In this document: positions 15,279-37,856 of the stretch, in pieces
How the letters are laid out: each line of letters begins with the position of its first letter
How positions within the stretch are numbered: position 1 is the stretch's first letter
Notes under the pieces: generated by a model
Told to the model about the DNA's origin: nothing
The model's database searches: none
Seen by the model: the letters and a program-made list of their open reading frames with translations, nothing else
DNA from: the human T2T-CHM13v2.0 reference genome, Homo sapiens
Reading direction: 5' to 3' (one strand)
Length of the DNA: 64,000 nt
Assembly: GCF_009914755.1 (NCBI RefSeq)
Contig: NC_060940.1
Translations under genes and position numbers: made by a program

Positions 15279-15512
15279 ACAGTTCTTCCTTTTACCCTTT
15301 ACAAATGGTTCTGGGTCTAAGATTAAAGCACAAGAACAACCAGTATTGAGTTAAAAGAATTTAAAACATTTTTATCATACTAATGGCTGCACATCAGTAC
15401 AGAGAATAGTCACCTATCCCAAACCTTCCTACCATCCAGAATGGGAGGTGGGGTTGGCAGGGGCCAAACTGTTTACAGATTTCCCATTAATCCCTCTTTT
15501 TATCCCTATAGC

Positions 15513-15668
15513 TCTTTTCTTTTCTTTCTTTCCTTTTTTTTTTTTTTTTGTCAGAGATAGGGTCTCACTATGTTGTCCACGCTGGATTTCAACTTCTGGC
15601 CTTAAGTGATCCTCCCACCTCAGCCTCCCAAGTAGCTGGGACTACAGGCCCACACCACTGTGCCTGGC
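15513..15668 (-). mobile_element. Alu monomer (FLAM/FAM-like)
   Basis: Antisense single arm with T-rich tail. Confidence 0.85.
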
Positions 15669-16369
15669 TGGTGTTTCAGAGTCCCCAGTCTCTGAGGTCT
15701 GCAGGACAGATCAGTCCCCTTCTCTCTGTATCTCAGTCTAGATTTTAGCAGAGGCAAACCCTAAGGGTTTGGGAGAGGTGATGGAGTGAAGCAGAGAGAA
15801 TACAGAACTATGTTCTAGTTCCTGCCCTGCTCCTGACTTGACCTTGGGAAAGCCATGTCACCTCTCTGGGCCTTTTCCCCCCATCTGGCCTAACAAGACT
15901 CCTGGCCTCGGTGACAGAAGCGTCCCATCCTCTCACCCACCCCTAAGCAGAGCAGCTGGGACTTTTCAGAAATGAGCCACAAGACTCCTTATGGCAGAAA
16001 GCCTTGGGGACCCAGAAGAACATAGAAGGCTTCCAGGAGGGAGATATGCTGTGCAGCCTGAAGTCATAAACAGCCATTCTGCAGCTGTTAAAGGGCCATG
16101 AACATGGCATGCTCTATTGTGATGGATGGCAGGCCTTGGCCAGAAGAGGCTGAATCCAGATGGGACCACGGGCAAAGCTGTGGAAGGGACTGTGTGATCA
16201 CTCTTCTCTTTAAGGAGTATCTTCAGCCTGACAATAAACACACTGTCTCCCTAGGGGTTAGGTTTCGTGGGCCAAGAGCATGGTGGACGCACCACACATG
16301 TACCTGGGGTTTCTGGGGTTAGAGAAGACACAAGAAACTAAATCCAGAGTTAGCAGCTTGCGCCCGGGC

Positions 16370-17945
<1,576 letters not shown>

Positions 17946-18342
17946 CAGGACAGTTTGTATCCTGCAGTTCCACCAATCAGTGTGACCTTGGCTTACTTGG
18001 CTTGGTGGAGTGTAGAGACCTCCGCTTTAAAGACACTTTTTAGCCTGGGGTGGAGGGAAGACTAAGGGGAGGCCAGGCACTGATATGCTCCATCACAGAA
18101 CCATATATGCTGATGGGCTCTATTCCCACAAACTCTTACCCTTCCCCTGCTGGTAGGAAGATGGAGGAAAAAGATGTATTTTATGATAGAATTAAGTTGG
18201 TATCTATGTAGACCCCTGCCAGACTGTTTGGAAGAGGAAAGGTGACCTGTCACAAGAAGTCACCCACAGGAGACTTGAGGTGGAGAATAGCCCTTTGTAC
18301 TGGTCTCTACGACACAGGTTTTATCTAATGAGAAATCTGTCC

Positions 18343-18662
<320 letters not shown>

Positions 18663-18879
18663 TTATTGTCTGTGTAGAGCCACAGAAACAACAGAATAAG
18701 CTTGGACATAACCAGATCTACCATGGAAATCTTTGCACAGTGCCTGACACCTAATAGGTGGTTAATGACTGTTTGTTGAAGGGATGGGGCAAGGTGCTTA
18801 GCCTCTCAGTTTCATCAGACCGGGGATAACACCAGGGCCTACCTCATTAGGTTTTCTCTTTCTTCTAGAATTTACTAAC

Positions 18880-19185
18880 TCATTTATTCATTTTTATTTT
18901 TTGAGACAGGATCTTGCTCCATCACCCAGGCTGGAAGGTGGTGACTCAATCATAGCTCACTGCAGCCTTGAATCCTGGGCTCAAGTGATCCTCCCATCTC
19001 AGCCTCCTGAGTAGCTAGGACTACAGATGTGCACCACCATGCCCAGCTAATTTTTAAATTTTTTTTATAGAGAAAGGGTCTCACTATGTTGCCCAGGCTG
19101 ATCTCAAACTCCTGGGCTCAAGCAGTCCTCCTGCCTCAGTCTCCTGAGTACCTAGGATTACAGGTGTTAGACACCACACCTGGCC
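18880..19185 (-). mobile_element. AluJ
   Basis: Antisense Alu with J-type arms; TSD CTAGAATTT. Confidence 0.9.
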
Positions 19186-20020
19186 TAGAATTTATTTTTA
19201 ATAATTTATATTTTCCTAAAATTGTCCACTTCATCTGTTTTTTAAGTACAGGTTTCAAGAGGATAGAGCCTGTGTTTCTGTGTTTGTCTTGCTTACTGTT
19301 GTGTCCCCAGTATCAGTAAATGACAGAACAGCTCCCTGTAAATACTTGTTGTATGAGTGAATGTGTGTGGGAGGAAGAATTATCTTGGAAAAAAGAAGGA
19401 AGCATTAATAGTGCCTCTCCTAATAGTGACTCATTTTTTTTTAGGCCACCCTGGGGCCTTTTCTTATTCAAAACATTCATGAAAAAAAGTGCAGTTCCAA
19501 AGCATTGGAGCTACTGATGTAACAATTTTTTTAAAATACCATTATTAGAAGTGCAGCGGGGGATTCTCTGATCTTCTAGGTATTCTGTGATCTCCTGTGA
19601 TCTTCTGGCTGTGATCTTCCTCTGCAGACCACCTCACATCTTTGAGACACCCTCCTCTGTGCCTTCTCCCCCTCCCTATTTCTTAGGTTCACCAAGAATG
19701 AATGAAGAAGCCAAGCGCGGTGGCTCATGCCTGTAATCCCAGCACTTTGGGAGGCTGAGGCGGGCAGATCGCTTGAGCCCATAGTGCAACAGTTGTGTTG
19801 AGCCTGAGCAACATAGTGAGACCCCCACCCCCTGCCCGTCTCTTAAAAAAAGAAAAAGAAAAGAAGGAATGAAGAAACCACCGTGGGTCAGGCACGGTGC
19901 TAACCTCTGCAGAAGTTTCCATACAGTACAATGGTGTGCAATGCCCACGCCACGTTTTGCAGGGTCCACGGGAAGCCTTGCGGCGACCTCACTGCCGCCC
20001 AATTTCTGGGCAGTGGCGGC

Positions 20021-20040
20021 GCAGCGCCCCCTGGCGGCCA
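20021..20040 (-). promoter_or_regulatory. CTCF/CTCFL core motif
   Basis: Reverse strand TGGCCGCCAGGGGGCGCTGC is a near-perfect match to the CTCF consensus TGGCCACCAGGGGGCGC. Confidence 0.8.
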
Positions 20041-20145
20041 TCCCGAGGGCAGTGCCCGCGGGCAAGGTTCGAAACTGTTGGCATTGGGACTGACTCCAGC
20101 CTCTGCTCCGGGAGGCCCTCCCGGGCTGCCTGACCTCCCGGGACC

Positions 20146-20176
20146 ATGCAGAAGGCCTCCCACAAAAACAAAAAAG
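20146..20176 (+). CDS. PDZD9: PDZD9 coding exon 1 ([10 protein letters not shown])
   Basis: ACCATGC start, donor G|GTAACT; 31 nt, phase 1. Confidence 0.9.
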
Positions 20177-20247
20177 GTAACTGGGGAGAAGGAAGCGGGT
20201 GAAGAAGCCCTGGGGACCAAGCCTTCGTCAATGTTCCTCCTCTGTAA

Positions 20248-20604
<357 letters not shown>

Positions 20605-20974
20605 TCGTTATTTTTATCAAGGTATAATTTCCATGCAGTAAGATCCCCCCTTTTAAAAGTACAGCTACCGTTTTGACAAGCTATACCCACGTTGAACCAC
20701 CCCCTCCATCAAGATAGGGAACAGTTCCACCACTCCCTAAAATTACTTTGCAATGCCCAGTTGCAGCCAAACCCCACCCCACTGCAGCTCCTCACACCCC
20801 CATCTGTTTTTTACAGCGTTTTTTTTTTTTTGCCTTTTCCATGGAGAACATCATAAAAATGAAATCACATAGTAAGGAGCCTTTAAAAAATTATACCAAT
20901 GTAAATAGGGACTTTGGCCCTTTCATTTTTATTAAAAGGGCACATAAATCTTAAAATAGCATATGGGTCACTGT

Positions 20975-21477
20975 ATTTTATTTTTAGAGACAGAGTCTTG
21001 TTCTGTCGCTCAGGCTGGAGTGCAGTGGTATGCTCCTGGCTCACTGCAGCCTCCAATTCTTGGGCTCAAGCAATCCTCCTGCATCAGCCTCCCATAGCTG
21101 GGACTGTAGGCATGCACCACCACATTCAGCTAATTTTTTTTTTTTTTTTGAGACAGAGTCTTGCTCTGTGACCCAGGCTAGAGTGCAGCGGCATGATCTT
21201 GGCTTACTGCAACCCCCGCCTTCCAGGCGGGTTCAAGCGATTCTTGCCCCTCAGCCTCCAGAGTAGCTTGGATTACAGGCGTGAACCACCACGCCTGGCT
21301 GATTTTTGTGTTTTCAGTAGCAACGGTGTTTCACCATGCTGGCCAGGCTGGTCTCGAACTCCTGACCCCAAGTGATCCGCCCACCCTCAGCCTCCCAAAG
21401 TGCTGGGATTACAGGTGTGAGCCACCATGCCCAGCCTAAATAGAAGAGATGAGGTGTCACTATGTTGCCCAGGCTCT
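20975..21477 (-). mobile_element. AluJ with a younger AluS nested at its linker (~21133-21437)
   Basis: J right arm, then a full antisense AluS, then a J left-arm remnant. Confidence 0.8.
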
Positions 21478-21519
21478 AATCACTTTATACTTCTGCTAGC
21501 CCCCAGGTGGGCTTACTGA

Positions 21520-22885
<1,366 letters not shown>

Positions 22886-24067
22886 GTAAGGAGCCTTTTG
22901 AGTCTGGCTTCTTTTACTTAACCCTGCTGACTTTTAAAAGTGGGCTCCTGGTAGCTTACCTTATAAGCATATTGAATTTACAAACTGAGATAGGAACCAC
23001 TGGACCTTGCCCAAGATGTGACTTCTCTGTTTGCTCAGGAACCAGAGGCTCAGGCAGGGCGTATCCTGCCCCCAGTTGCTCCCAGAACCCTGAAAGGTCT
23101 CTGAAGATGGTATCTTGTTTATATTATGCTATTTTATTTTCCCAAACAGAGAGCATCTGTGGTTTGGGGGAAGGTGAGGTTGGAGATGGGCAAGGACATT
23201 TGCTTTAGAGGAAAGGGCCATGAACCCCTCCAGCTCCCCACAGCCAGAGGTAGGGAGCTGGGGGAGCCTCTCCCTCAGCAGTGGCCCTGAAAACACCACA
23301 GTCACATGGACTTGGCAAGCTTGTGTGTCACCTGTCCTTATGGAAAGGAGTTGTGTGTGAAATGCTGGAAAAGTGTGCTGAAAACAGATCTCCCCAGGAG
23401 CTTCCTGTGTACCGAAAAGGAGTTTCCTAGCAACTTCCTCTTGGGAAATTAACTTGTTGTTTTGAATGTCCTTTTAGTCCCTGAAATTTTTCTTGTGAGA
23501 TTTGGTTCTGTAGAAAACATATTTCAACCTCTCCCACTACCCCTTGTCTCCAAGGCCTTCGGATTTTCCCCCATGTGCTTTTTGGATCCATCCACTGCTC
23601 ATTTCCGCTGTCACTGCCATGACATGTGCCAGGACCCTGTCATTTTCATGTCATTTCATTTCATCTAACCATGTCCAGCTTTACTCACTTCGGAGCCTTT
23701 TCACTAAGGAAGTCTGAGAAGCAGCCTCTGTCTGGTTGGTCCTCGCTCCTCCTGCCTCCCCCTCCTCTGACAGGGACTGTTCCTTCCTTTCTCAGACCTT
23801 AACACAATTTGCTCCGGATCCACCTTTCTTTGCCTAAATATTTCCTATTGGTCCTTTTGGCCTTAATTCAAATTTTAGCCCTGCTGGAAGCTTGACCCGC
23901 CATCCCCAGATGAGACTTTGGCCCTCTGTTACTCATTCTCAGAGCCCTCCGTCCTTTTCTTTCATAGCATGAGTTACAGTTTGTTATCCAACATATATTT
24001 ACATGACTGATTGATATCTGTCCCCTCCACTAGGCTGTAAAATTCATGAGGACAAGAAACACATGTG

Positions 24068-24366
24068 GGCCAGGCACGGTGGCTCACACCTGTAATGCCA
24101 GCACTTTGGGAGGCTGAGGTGGGAGGATTGCTTGAGTCCAGGAGTTCAAGACTAGCCTGGCCAATATAGTGAGACCCTGTCTCTACAAAAACAATAAAAA
24201 TTAGCCGTGTATAGTAGCACATGCCAGTAGTCCCAGCTACTTAGGAGGCTGAGGTGGGAGGAGCCCTTGAGCCCAGGAGATCGAGGCTGCAGTGAGCCCT
24301 GATAATGCTGCTGCACTCCAGCCTGGGCAACAGAGTGAGACATTGTCTGTTAAAACCAAAAAACCC
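24068..24366 (+). mobile_element. AluJ inside an L2 remnant
   Basis: Full J-type Alu; flanks AACACAT.TG. Confidence 0.9.
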
Positions 24367-24669
24367 AACACATCTGTTTTGCTCACCATGGTAAACCCAG
24401 GGCCTAGCACACTGTATCAATAAATATTTGTTAAGTGAACAGATAATACTAACTAATATTGATTAAGCACTCACAATATGCCAGACTCTGCAAAAGCCCT
24501 TTAATGCACCCATTTAATTTTCAGAAGAGCTCTCCAAGGTGAACATTTTTATCCTCATTTTACTGACAAGGAATCTGAGGAACAGGGATTAAATAACTGT
24601 CCCAGGGATCTGGCTTCAGAACCCCAGTAGGTATGGCCATGCTTCTGTCTTGGTGAAGGACTGAAATAA

Positions 24670-26368
<1,699 letters not shown>

Positions 26369-26974
26369 TTAATGAGGGTCAGTGAGATTGAGTTCCTTGT
26401 CCAGGTCACCTGTTTCTCCTAAGTGGGGATTCAGGGACCATGTTACTCCAGAGCTATGGCTCTCAGTGCGTAAAGATATTTTCTTTCGTAGGCAGTATTA
26501 AGCATTGCTAACACTTAGCTGCACGATCTCATTTCACTCTCACAATCCCTGAGCTAGATTCTGCATGAAACCACCTTGCAGACAAGGAATCAGATGTTTA
26601 GTAACTCTCCCATGGTCACTCTGAGGAGCTGGGATTTGAACCTTCTCTGTCAGACTTCAGAGCCTAAGGGCTTTACCAATACTGCCCTGCTCCTCGTGTC
26701 TTTGGGTGAATGAATTTTCCATGCAGTTCAAGAGGTGTTTTCTCAGTGCCTGGCCTGGGCCTAGTACTGTGCCCAGGAGTTGGGGAGGCAGAATGGGCTG
26801 GCGCCATGGTGAGAAAGAAAAAACATTGTGTTAGCTGTCCTGATTCAGGCTCAGGGTCTGACACTTTTTAGTTCTGTGACCCTGGGCAAAGCCACTTAAC
26901 CTTTCAGGCCTTAGTCACCTCATCTTTGAATTGGGATATTCCTGTGTTTGTCAGAGGTTGCGCAGATTTGATGA

Positions 26975-27310
<336 letters not shown>

Positions 27311-28017
27311 GATGAAATAATTTTTATGAAAGTGCTTTTAAAACTGAAGTGCTACAGAAATATTGGCAATCATCTCTTAGGCTGTTCTTACAGATTCTCT
27401 AGACTTTTGCATGTGTGTGTTTTAATAAAAAATGATGGCTGTATGGGGGTCCCAGTGGATTAAGCCACTGGTTTGCAACTCTGGTTACCTGTTAGAATCA
27501 TCTGGGAAGTTTTTAAAACCAAGATGCCTGGTCCCTATCTCCCTACAGGTTTTTGATTCAATCGTTCTTGGACTGGGACAGGGCAGTTTATGTTTTAAAA
27601 GCTCCTCAGGTGATTCTAATTTGCAGCTAAGGGTTCCAAGCAATGGATTAAAGAAGAAAGCAGATACATAATGGTTTTATGAAACAGTTTGCTATACCTT
27701 AAAATCCAAAGCATTTTCCCCACACATCACTACTTGGTGGTGGAGAATAAACGGCGGCCGGTGGAGAGTTCTGGACTTACCAGAACAAAAGAACTCCAGG
27801 ACAGGTCCCATGGGGAAGCTGCTGCTTCTCAGCTTCTTCAAGGTCAGGTGACAGATGCTGGGTGATGATCCGGGTGCATACTCCAGGGTGCTAGAGTGGG
27901 ACAGGAGTATGCTTTTAGGTGGGCAACAGAGAATCTCATGGCACGGCTATAGTTAGTGGGCTCTTTGAGGTTAGAAGCAGTCTTGAATTTCATCTTTTAA
28001 ATCCAGGACTCACCTAC

Positions 28018-28373
28018 TGTATTAGTGCATTCTTACACTGCTGTAAAGATACTGCCTGAGACTGGATAATTTATAAATGAAGGAGGTTTAATTGACTCAC
28101 AGTTCCGTACGGCTGGGGTGGCCTCAGGAAACTTACAATCATAGTGGAAGAGGAATCAGGCATTTTCTTCACAAGGCGGCAGGAGGGAGTGTGAGTGTGT
28201 GAAGGAGGAGCTGTCAAACACTCATAAAACCATCAGATCTCATGAGAACTCACTCACTATCATGACAGCATGGGGGAAACCACCCCCGTGATCCAATCAC
28301 CTCCCTCCCTCCACAGGTGGGGATTACAATCGGCAATGACATTTGGATGGGGACACAGAACCAAACCATATTG
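28018..28373 (-). mobile_element. MST-family (MaLR) LTR
   Basis: TGTATTAGTGCATTCTTACACTGCTG...CCAAACCATATTG. Confidence 0.88.
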
Positions 28374-28383
28374 TTCTGCCCCT

Positions 28384-28823
28384 CCATCTGCAAGCTGAAG
28401 AGCAGGGAAGCCAATAGTGGCTCAGTCCGAGTCCCAAAACCTCAAAAGTTGGGAAGCCGACAGTGTAGCCTCCAGTCTGTGGCTGAAGGCCTGAGAAACC
28501 CTGGCAAAACACTGGTGTAAGTCCAAGAGTCCAAAAGCCAAAGAACTTGAGTCTGATGTTCGAGGGCAGGAAGCATCCAGCACAGGAGAAAGATGAAGGC
28601 TGGAAGACTCAGCAAGTCTGCTCATTCCACCTTTTTCCACCTGCTTTTTCTAGCCTTGCTGGTAGCTGATTGGATGGTGCCTACCCAGATTGAGGGTTGG
28701 GTCTGCCTCTCCAAGTCCATTGACTCAAATGTTAATCTTTTCTGGCAACACCTTCACAGACACACCCAGAAACAATACTTTGCATCCTTTGAACCGATCA
28801 AGTTGACAATATTAACCGTCACA
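28384..28823 (-). mobile_element. MLT2 (ERVL) LTR fragment
   Basis: GATGTTCGAGGGCAGGAAGCATCCAGCAC...CAAGTTGACA...AACCGTCACA. Confidence 0.85.
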
Positions 28824-28955
28824 CCTAAAGTAGTGGCTCATTTGTTATGTCTTTGCTTAATAAATAAATAATAAATATTTGTCCTAGGCATTGTGGGAGA
28901 TATTTCCCCATCTATTATCTTTTTTTAACTCCAATTTTTAATTTTATTTGAATAA

Positions 28956-29120
<165 letters not shown>

Positions 29121-29655
29121 TAATTTAAAGTTTGCAACACTCCTGAAATGTAGATAATGAAATATAGAGGCGTAGAGAGATGAAATAACTTGTTCATCTT
29201 AGTTACACAACTGAGTCTGTGTTCAGAGCTGGGATTTGAACCGATGTGTGCCTAGAAAGCCCATACCTTTCTAGTCAATTGCCTAACAACTAGAAATGAG
29301 ATTTGAATACAGAGGAAGTCCAGAGCCCCAAATCTCTTCGTGACAAGCCTGCCAGTTCTCCTCGGCATCATTCTAGGCTTTAAAATCTGTAACTCAGTGG
29401 TTTTAGACAATGATGATAAGATCTCGAGAGATGATAATTGTAGAAACATGCTATTTCTTTGACCCCGTTTCCTCCCAGCCCCATTATCTTTTATCTATGT
29501 GCTGAAATTTCTCTCCTTTGGTGTTTCAGGATAGGGTTTCACCTTGATTTCCTAATTTAGTTTAGTGTTAGTTTATTCTGGCTAAACTTTTAGTTCCTTT
29601 TGGGCAGTATGGCCTTAACAGATTCTGACATTCTAAGTCTTGAGAAATTAATGTA

Positions 29656-29969
<314 letters not shown>

Positions 29970-31957
29970 TCAACAGTAAATACAAGTCATGGACTGGCTA
30001 CTGCCTAAGCAGTTCCTAAAGGCCTGGTGTGTGCAGACACCCAGCTAGGCACTGGGGGTGTAGTGGTGAACGGCACAGACATGGTCCTTAGCCTTGAGGA
30101 ACTTAAGGAACTTCCAGCCTAGTTGGGAGAGATGAAAAAGATAAAATATTTTTCAGTAGTGGCTTGGCTGCTGCAAAGTTGATTTACTGTAGGTAATCGA
30201 GACAAAGTTTATATAATGTCATCCTATAGCCCATTAAAACAGAAAAAAAAAGGTGTAATGAGGTTGGTGTTCATAAGTACGAAATTGGTGTTTCTGTATG
30301 AAGGGCAATGTTAATATCTATTGCTAGAGTAATCACATTCACATGCTGACATGTTTGGTTTACAGCCAGAACGGTCAGGAAATTAAGCTGTTTATTTTCT
30401 GCCCTCTTGATAAAAGTCACACTTTTACAACATAATTAAGCAGAATGCCAAGCCATAGCTTTCAGCTATAAACACTGCTTTTAACATTAGGTAAGTAAGC
30501 TCATCCGGGGAGGGTTTTGTTTTTGTTTTGTTTTGTTTTGTTTTGCCATTGTAATTAACCTCAGTAGGATGAGCAGCTGTTTCATATTGCTCAAGCTGCA
30601 GGTAGCCTTGTTTCATTCTGAAGTGAGCTTCAGATACATGGTTGATTGTATTACCCCCAGCTACTGCTTAAGACCAAAGTAGAAGGTTTTTCTCCACCCT
30701 TGTAAGTATTTGTTTTCTGGAATTCTGGGAACTTTTGTTTCTGATAGGATCTAGAGCTATGGACATTTGTCCTTGGCATCCTTAGAGGCTTCTTTTGGGA
30801 TCAGTGTAATTCCTGATTGAAGCCCAGTGCATGCATCAGAGAAGGCACTTCTTGACCCTTTTCTTCTTTGAGGTTAGGCTTCAGCTGTCTTAGAATGAGG
30901 CTGATTGAGGGTCTCCAGAAGGTCAGTACTAGTAAGATCTGAAGACTTAAGATTTTGCCCAATGTGAGCTGGTCCTTAAAAAGCAAATCCTTTGTATTCC
31001 TTTCTGAAGTCTTGCTGAATGCCGTTGTAGCAGCCAGGGTTCCTCATTGCAAAAAACAGAAAACACTTCTGTTAATGCACTGAATTTGGGATACTGAGTC
31101 TGACAGAATCTCCCAAAAGGCTGGAGAAGCAGGCTTGGAAAATGGTGAGAGAACCAAGAGCTGTGTGTAACTACCCCTAGCAACTAGAAGCTCCTGTCAC
31201 TCTTTTGCATCTCCTCCTCCAGGTTCAGTGACCCAGGTGGGAGTGTCAAGTAGCTGGATCTCACTCACAGGTCCATGACCTAGCTGCTGGAGGTGGGGAC
31301 ATGGGGGAGGTTGGAGCAAGTGAAAAATTGGTCTTTTTAGCTTCCTTCAATTTGGGGGTTTCGGGGGTTAGTGCTCAAGATGTAGTCCTCTTCCCACCTG
31401 CCAGGGACTCGGAAGCTGCATGGTTGCCCATCTTGTTTCTTTCCTTATCCTGCGTTGCCCTAAGGTAGGGAAACCTAGCTGTCAAATCCCTTTAAACCAA
31501 CATACTCACTGCATACACATCTTACAGTTAAAGCATGCCTAATTGCCCAATGTTTTATACAGAATTATTTGCTCAACTAATACTGCACAAGGGTAGAGAA
31601 TTAAAATGAAAGGCTTTATGTTTAATATGGTCTATTAACTGTGGAGGGCACTGGAAATTGCCAGGCAGGTATAATAGAAAGTAGGTCATTTATTCACCAC
31701 TTAGTGTAAGTGGTTTTTTCTTTTCTAGTAATAGCCATTCATTTTATCTGAAACTAATCTATTTTTAGAATCCTAACAGCTGGTTCCGATTATAAATGTT
31801 TTTTAGCCTCTGTCACACCAAGAACTTCAGAAACGTCTCAAAAACATCATATAATGTCTACCAATATACTGCTATTAAGAAACATCTTGCATACATTCTT
31901 CAGTATGCAAAGGACATTCATATCATGGACATGAACATCTTTATTAAATAAAGGCTG

Positions 31958-32261
<304 letters not shown>

Positions 32262-32382
32262 GGCTGAAGCCTGGTTTTGGTTCAAAAAGAATCAACAATA
32301 TGAACCCATAAAATGAAATACCTCACAATAAAGCCAGAAATCAATATAGTCCCTTTAAACCTCTAGTTTTACTGATACATAA

Positions 32383-32589
<207 letters not shown>

Positions 32590-32882
32590 TAAATAGTTCA
32601 TTTTAGGAACTCTTTGTTATAATACAGAATCCCAGGGCCTGTGAGGCATAGATGGTTTAATGTGACAATTATCAAATGATAAGGATCATGACAGGAGGAC
32701 TGGTGACACTGTCAGAGTAATTTCCTGGGTTTCTGGTATTAGATCTGTAGGATCTAATATGAGAAAGCACGATGAAGTCAACCTGGAGTTAAAAAACAAG
32801 TCATCGGTTGGGAATTTTGTCCCCATGCCTACCTGTATGGTGCCCCTCTTTCCCGAGTCAGCCCTTAAAAATGCTTCTTGTG

Positions 32883-34570
<1,688 letters not shown>

Positions 34571-35754
34571 ACTTGTTTTTAATTTTTAATTTTAAAAGTC
34601 TTATTTTTGAGACAGGGTCTCACTCTGTCACTCAGGCTGGAGTGTAGTAGCACGATCACAACTCACAATCAAATCCTGCTCAGCGACTCCTACACTGGAG
34701 GGCACGACTCTAAAAGCCTGGGCTCATGTGATTACATAACAACTATGTTCTAAGCATTTTCATTACATGGAGGAGTTTTGAGATCCAGAATATTAAATTC
34801 TAAGGATGGTAGACTGACCATTCAAAAGCAAAGAAAAGATAGAACAGTACAACTTAAGTAAGAGGCGAAAACCCACAAACAATACCAAGCACCTGCTGAT
34901 TCCCTTTCTTAATTAGGCAAAGTACCCATATCTGAGGCATTTTAGTAACTTATGTATAACACGGCAGGGAAAGAAGAAGGAAAAAGATGCTTTCACAAAG
35001 CTAGTATAAACTTTTCCAGGAGAAAATGGCACTGGGTATACACACTGGAGAAATTCTCCATGTAACGCTCTGGGTAGGCCAAGTGGTATAGAAAGTTTGT
35101 TTCTAGCCAATCCTGACCTCTGCAGGGTTGTGGCTTTATTACCTAATGACAATTTACCTGTCCTTTATGGTTACCTAACCATCAGAGTTGCCAAGGATTC
35201 CCCCTGCAGTCTGAAAAAAAAAAGTTACTAATACTTGGATTTAAAAAAAAAATTCATGTGCTGTTCAGGAAGACCTAGGTGTGTCTGAAGGCAAATCAGA
35301 CAAAGAAAATCAGTATTTAAGACTAGTGGCTCTCAGTAAAAATTACTCATTATCAACTGTTTATTACTGGAAGAGATAAACTTTTGGAAAAGCCATTCAA
35401 ATTATTGGAAGCAAATACAACAGGCAGACTGCCAAGGTTATTAGTGATAACACCAGAAGTCTTAACAGGTTGGCAGGGAAGAAACCTATTTCCTTTTAGC
35501 AGGGCAGAATGTACCAGAGATTTGTAATCACAAAGATCTAGTTTTGGTTCTGCTGGGCAATAGCACCAGGATGAGGGAAAGCAGGTGACAGAGCATTCAT
35601 TCTGGAAAGTTAAAGCAAGCACAGGTACTGTAGGCATTAGGAAAGTTCAGAGACCTGGAGGTGCTAGCAGGCAAGCACCACCTAGTTTCAACAATCAAGA
35701 AAGTCAATAATTGGAGAAAGTTAAAAACAACAACAACAACAACAACAAAAACCT

Positions 35755-36065
35755 GGCTGGGCACAGTGGCTCATGCCTGTAATCCTAGCACTTTGGAGGC
35801 CAAAGTAAAGATTGCTTGAGGCCAGGAGTTTGAGACAGGCATGGGCAACATAGGGAGATCCTGTTTTAAAAATAAATAAATAAATAAAAATAAATAAAAA
35901 TTAGCCAGGTGCGGTGGCATACAGCATACACACCTGTAGTCTCAACTACTTTGGAAGCAGAGGCCAGAGGGTCACTTGAGCCCAGGAATTCAAGGTTGCA
36001 GTGAGCTATGATTGTACCACTGCACTCCAGCAAGGGTGACAGAGCAAGACCCTCTCTAAAAAAAA
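35755..36065 (+). mobile_element. AluJ
   Basis: J-type Alu with (AAAT)n linker. Confidence 0.9.
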
Positions 36066-36495
36066 GACTCTAAGACTTACTAATGACTAGGATGTTGAAG
36101 ATCCTTAAGGCCCACTATTTCCTGACTTCCTGACTCCTCTGGAAATCAGTAATGTTGTGTTAATGCCACGTGAGCCACAAGAATAGAGTTCTCAGGAGAT
36201 GGCCAGGTTGAATCCGTCACTTTAGCTGCAGTGAAATTAACCTACCCTTTAACACCTCCTAATATTCTGGTCAGTAGTCTAGTATAAGTCTGTGCAAAAC
36301 TTTTTAAGGTATGGTGAAGTAATTTAAGGCAGAATTTGATTTCCATTTAGAAATGGAAAAAGATTTCAAGACGATTTAAAAAAGAGAAACATTTCAATGA
36401 CACAGAAAGGTAATGCTAAAGCTAAATTGTATCTTTTATGAGTCAAAGCAAGTTATAAGGCATCTTGTTAGGGGACCATAAATGTTTAGACATGA

Positions 36496-36924
<429 letters not shown>

Positions 36925-37303
36925 CAAATCTGTGGTCATATGAGCATTTATCTTGCAGACACCCAAGTTTTGTGCCTCACCAGGCACAAGTTTGCTGTAC
37001 TTATCAAGGACTGTCTGTAGACTCACCAATTCTCTTCTCTTATGACTGCGTTATAAAGCCTTTAGAGATGTTCTTCAACAGGATTATCTAAAGACTTCCT
37101 TGGGTTCTTGCAGGCCTCACAAATCTTATTTTCAGAATAAGACCCTCCTTTTTGAGAAGAATTTCTTTCTTTTAGAAAATGCCGTAGAGAAATCCAATAT
37201 CAGAATGTCTGAACATAGTAGAGAATGTCACTTTATGTAAACACTACATTTTTCTTTAAATATTTAGTTTCTCTCTTTTTTTTGGTAAACTTCAAGTACT
37301 ATA

Positions 37304-37309
37304 ATTAAA
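37304..37309 (+). terminator. PDZD9: Candidate PDZD9 polyadenylation signal (ATTAAA)
   Basis: ATTAAA ~380 nt after the stop, with T-rich sequence downstream. Confidence 0.55.
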
Positions 37310-37567
37310 ATAACTAAGAGACATAATTCTTTGGCTAGTTATTCACATTAGAATTCTTTTTTTTTCCCCTTTTTAGCCCTTCTTTTACTGTAAATGTTGA
37401 ATTGAGAGTTAATTATTTGGAAGAGACAGGATAGTAACAGATAAGGGAGAGACAGGAGATGAGAGAAAAACAAAACTCTGTCAATGAAGATAAATCAGAC
37501 ATAAAAAAATGAATGAATGGGAATATAGGATATGATTGATAGGAAATGTATGTTTTTTGGAAATAAT

Positions 37568-37573
37568 TTTATT
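37568..37573 (-). terminator. UQCRC2: Candidate UQCRC2 distal polyA signal (AATAAA)
   Basis: TTTATT on the + strand. Confidence 0.55.
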
Positions 37574-37856
37574 GCAAAAAAGGCAAAACAGGGGTAAAAA
37601 CCAGACCATTTAGCTGTTGACACCCAAAATGACAAATTTTGAACTTGCTTTCATCTTAAACGCCACCAATAGTAATCTGGCACTATTTACCCCGATAGCC
37701 ACTTAGCCTTAATTTTAATAGTTTCTGATGCTTCTATACTCAATAATTATATTCCTGTCTCCTTTAAAGCATCTAAAACAAAGATATCAGCACATAATAA
37801 ATACTTGTTGATTAACTCATTGAGAAAAACGTAAGAAAAACACTTAAACAGAATGT

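Larger units (their letters stand above)
19880..20230 (+). promoter_or_regulatory. PDZD9: CpG-rich PDZD9 promoter / exon 1 region
   Basis: Local CpG enrichment directly around the PDZD9 ATG. Confidence 0.7.
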
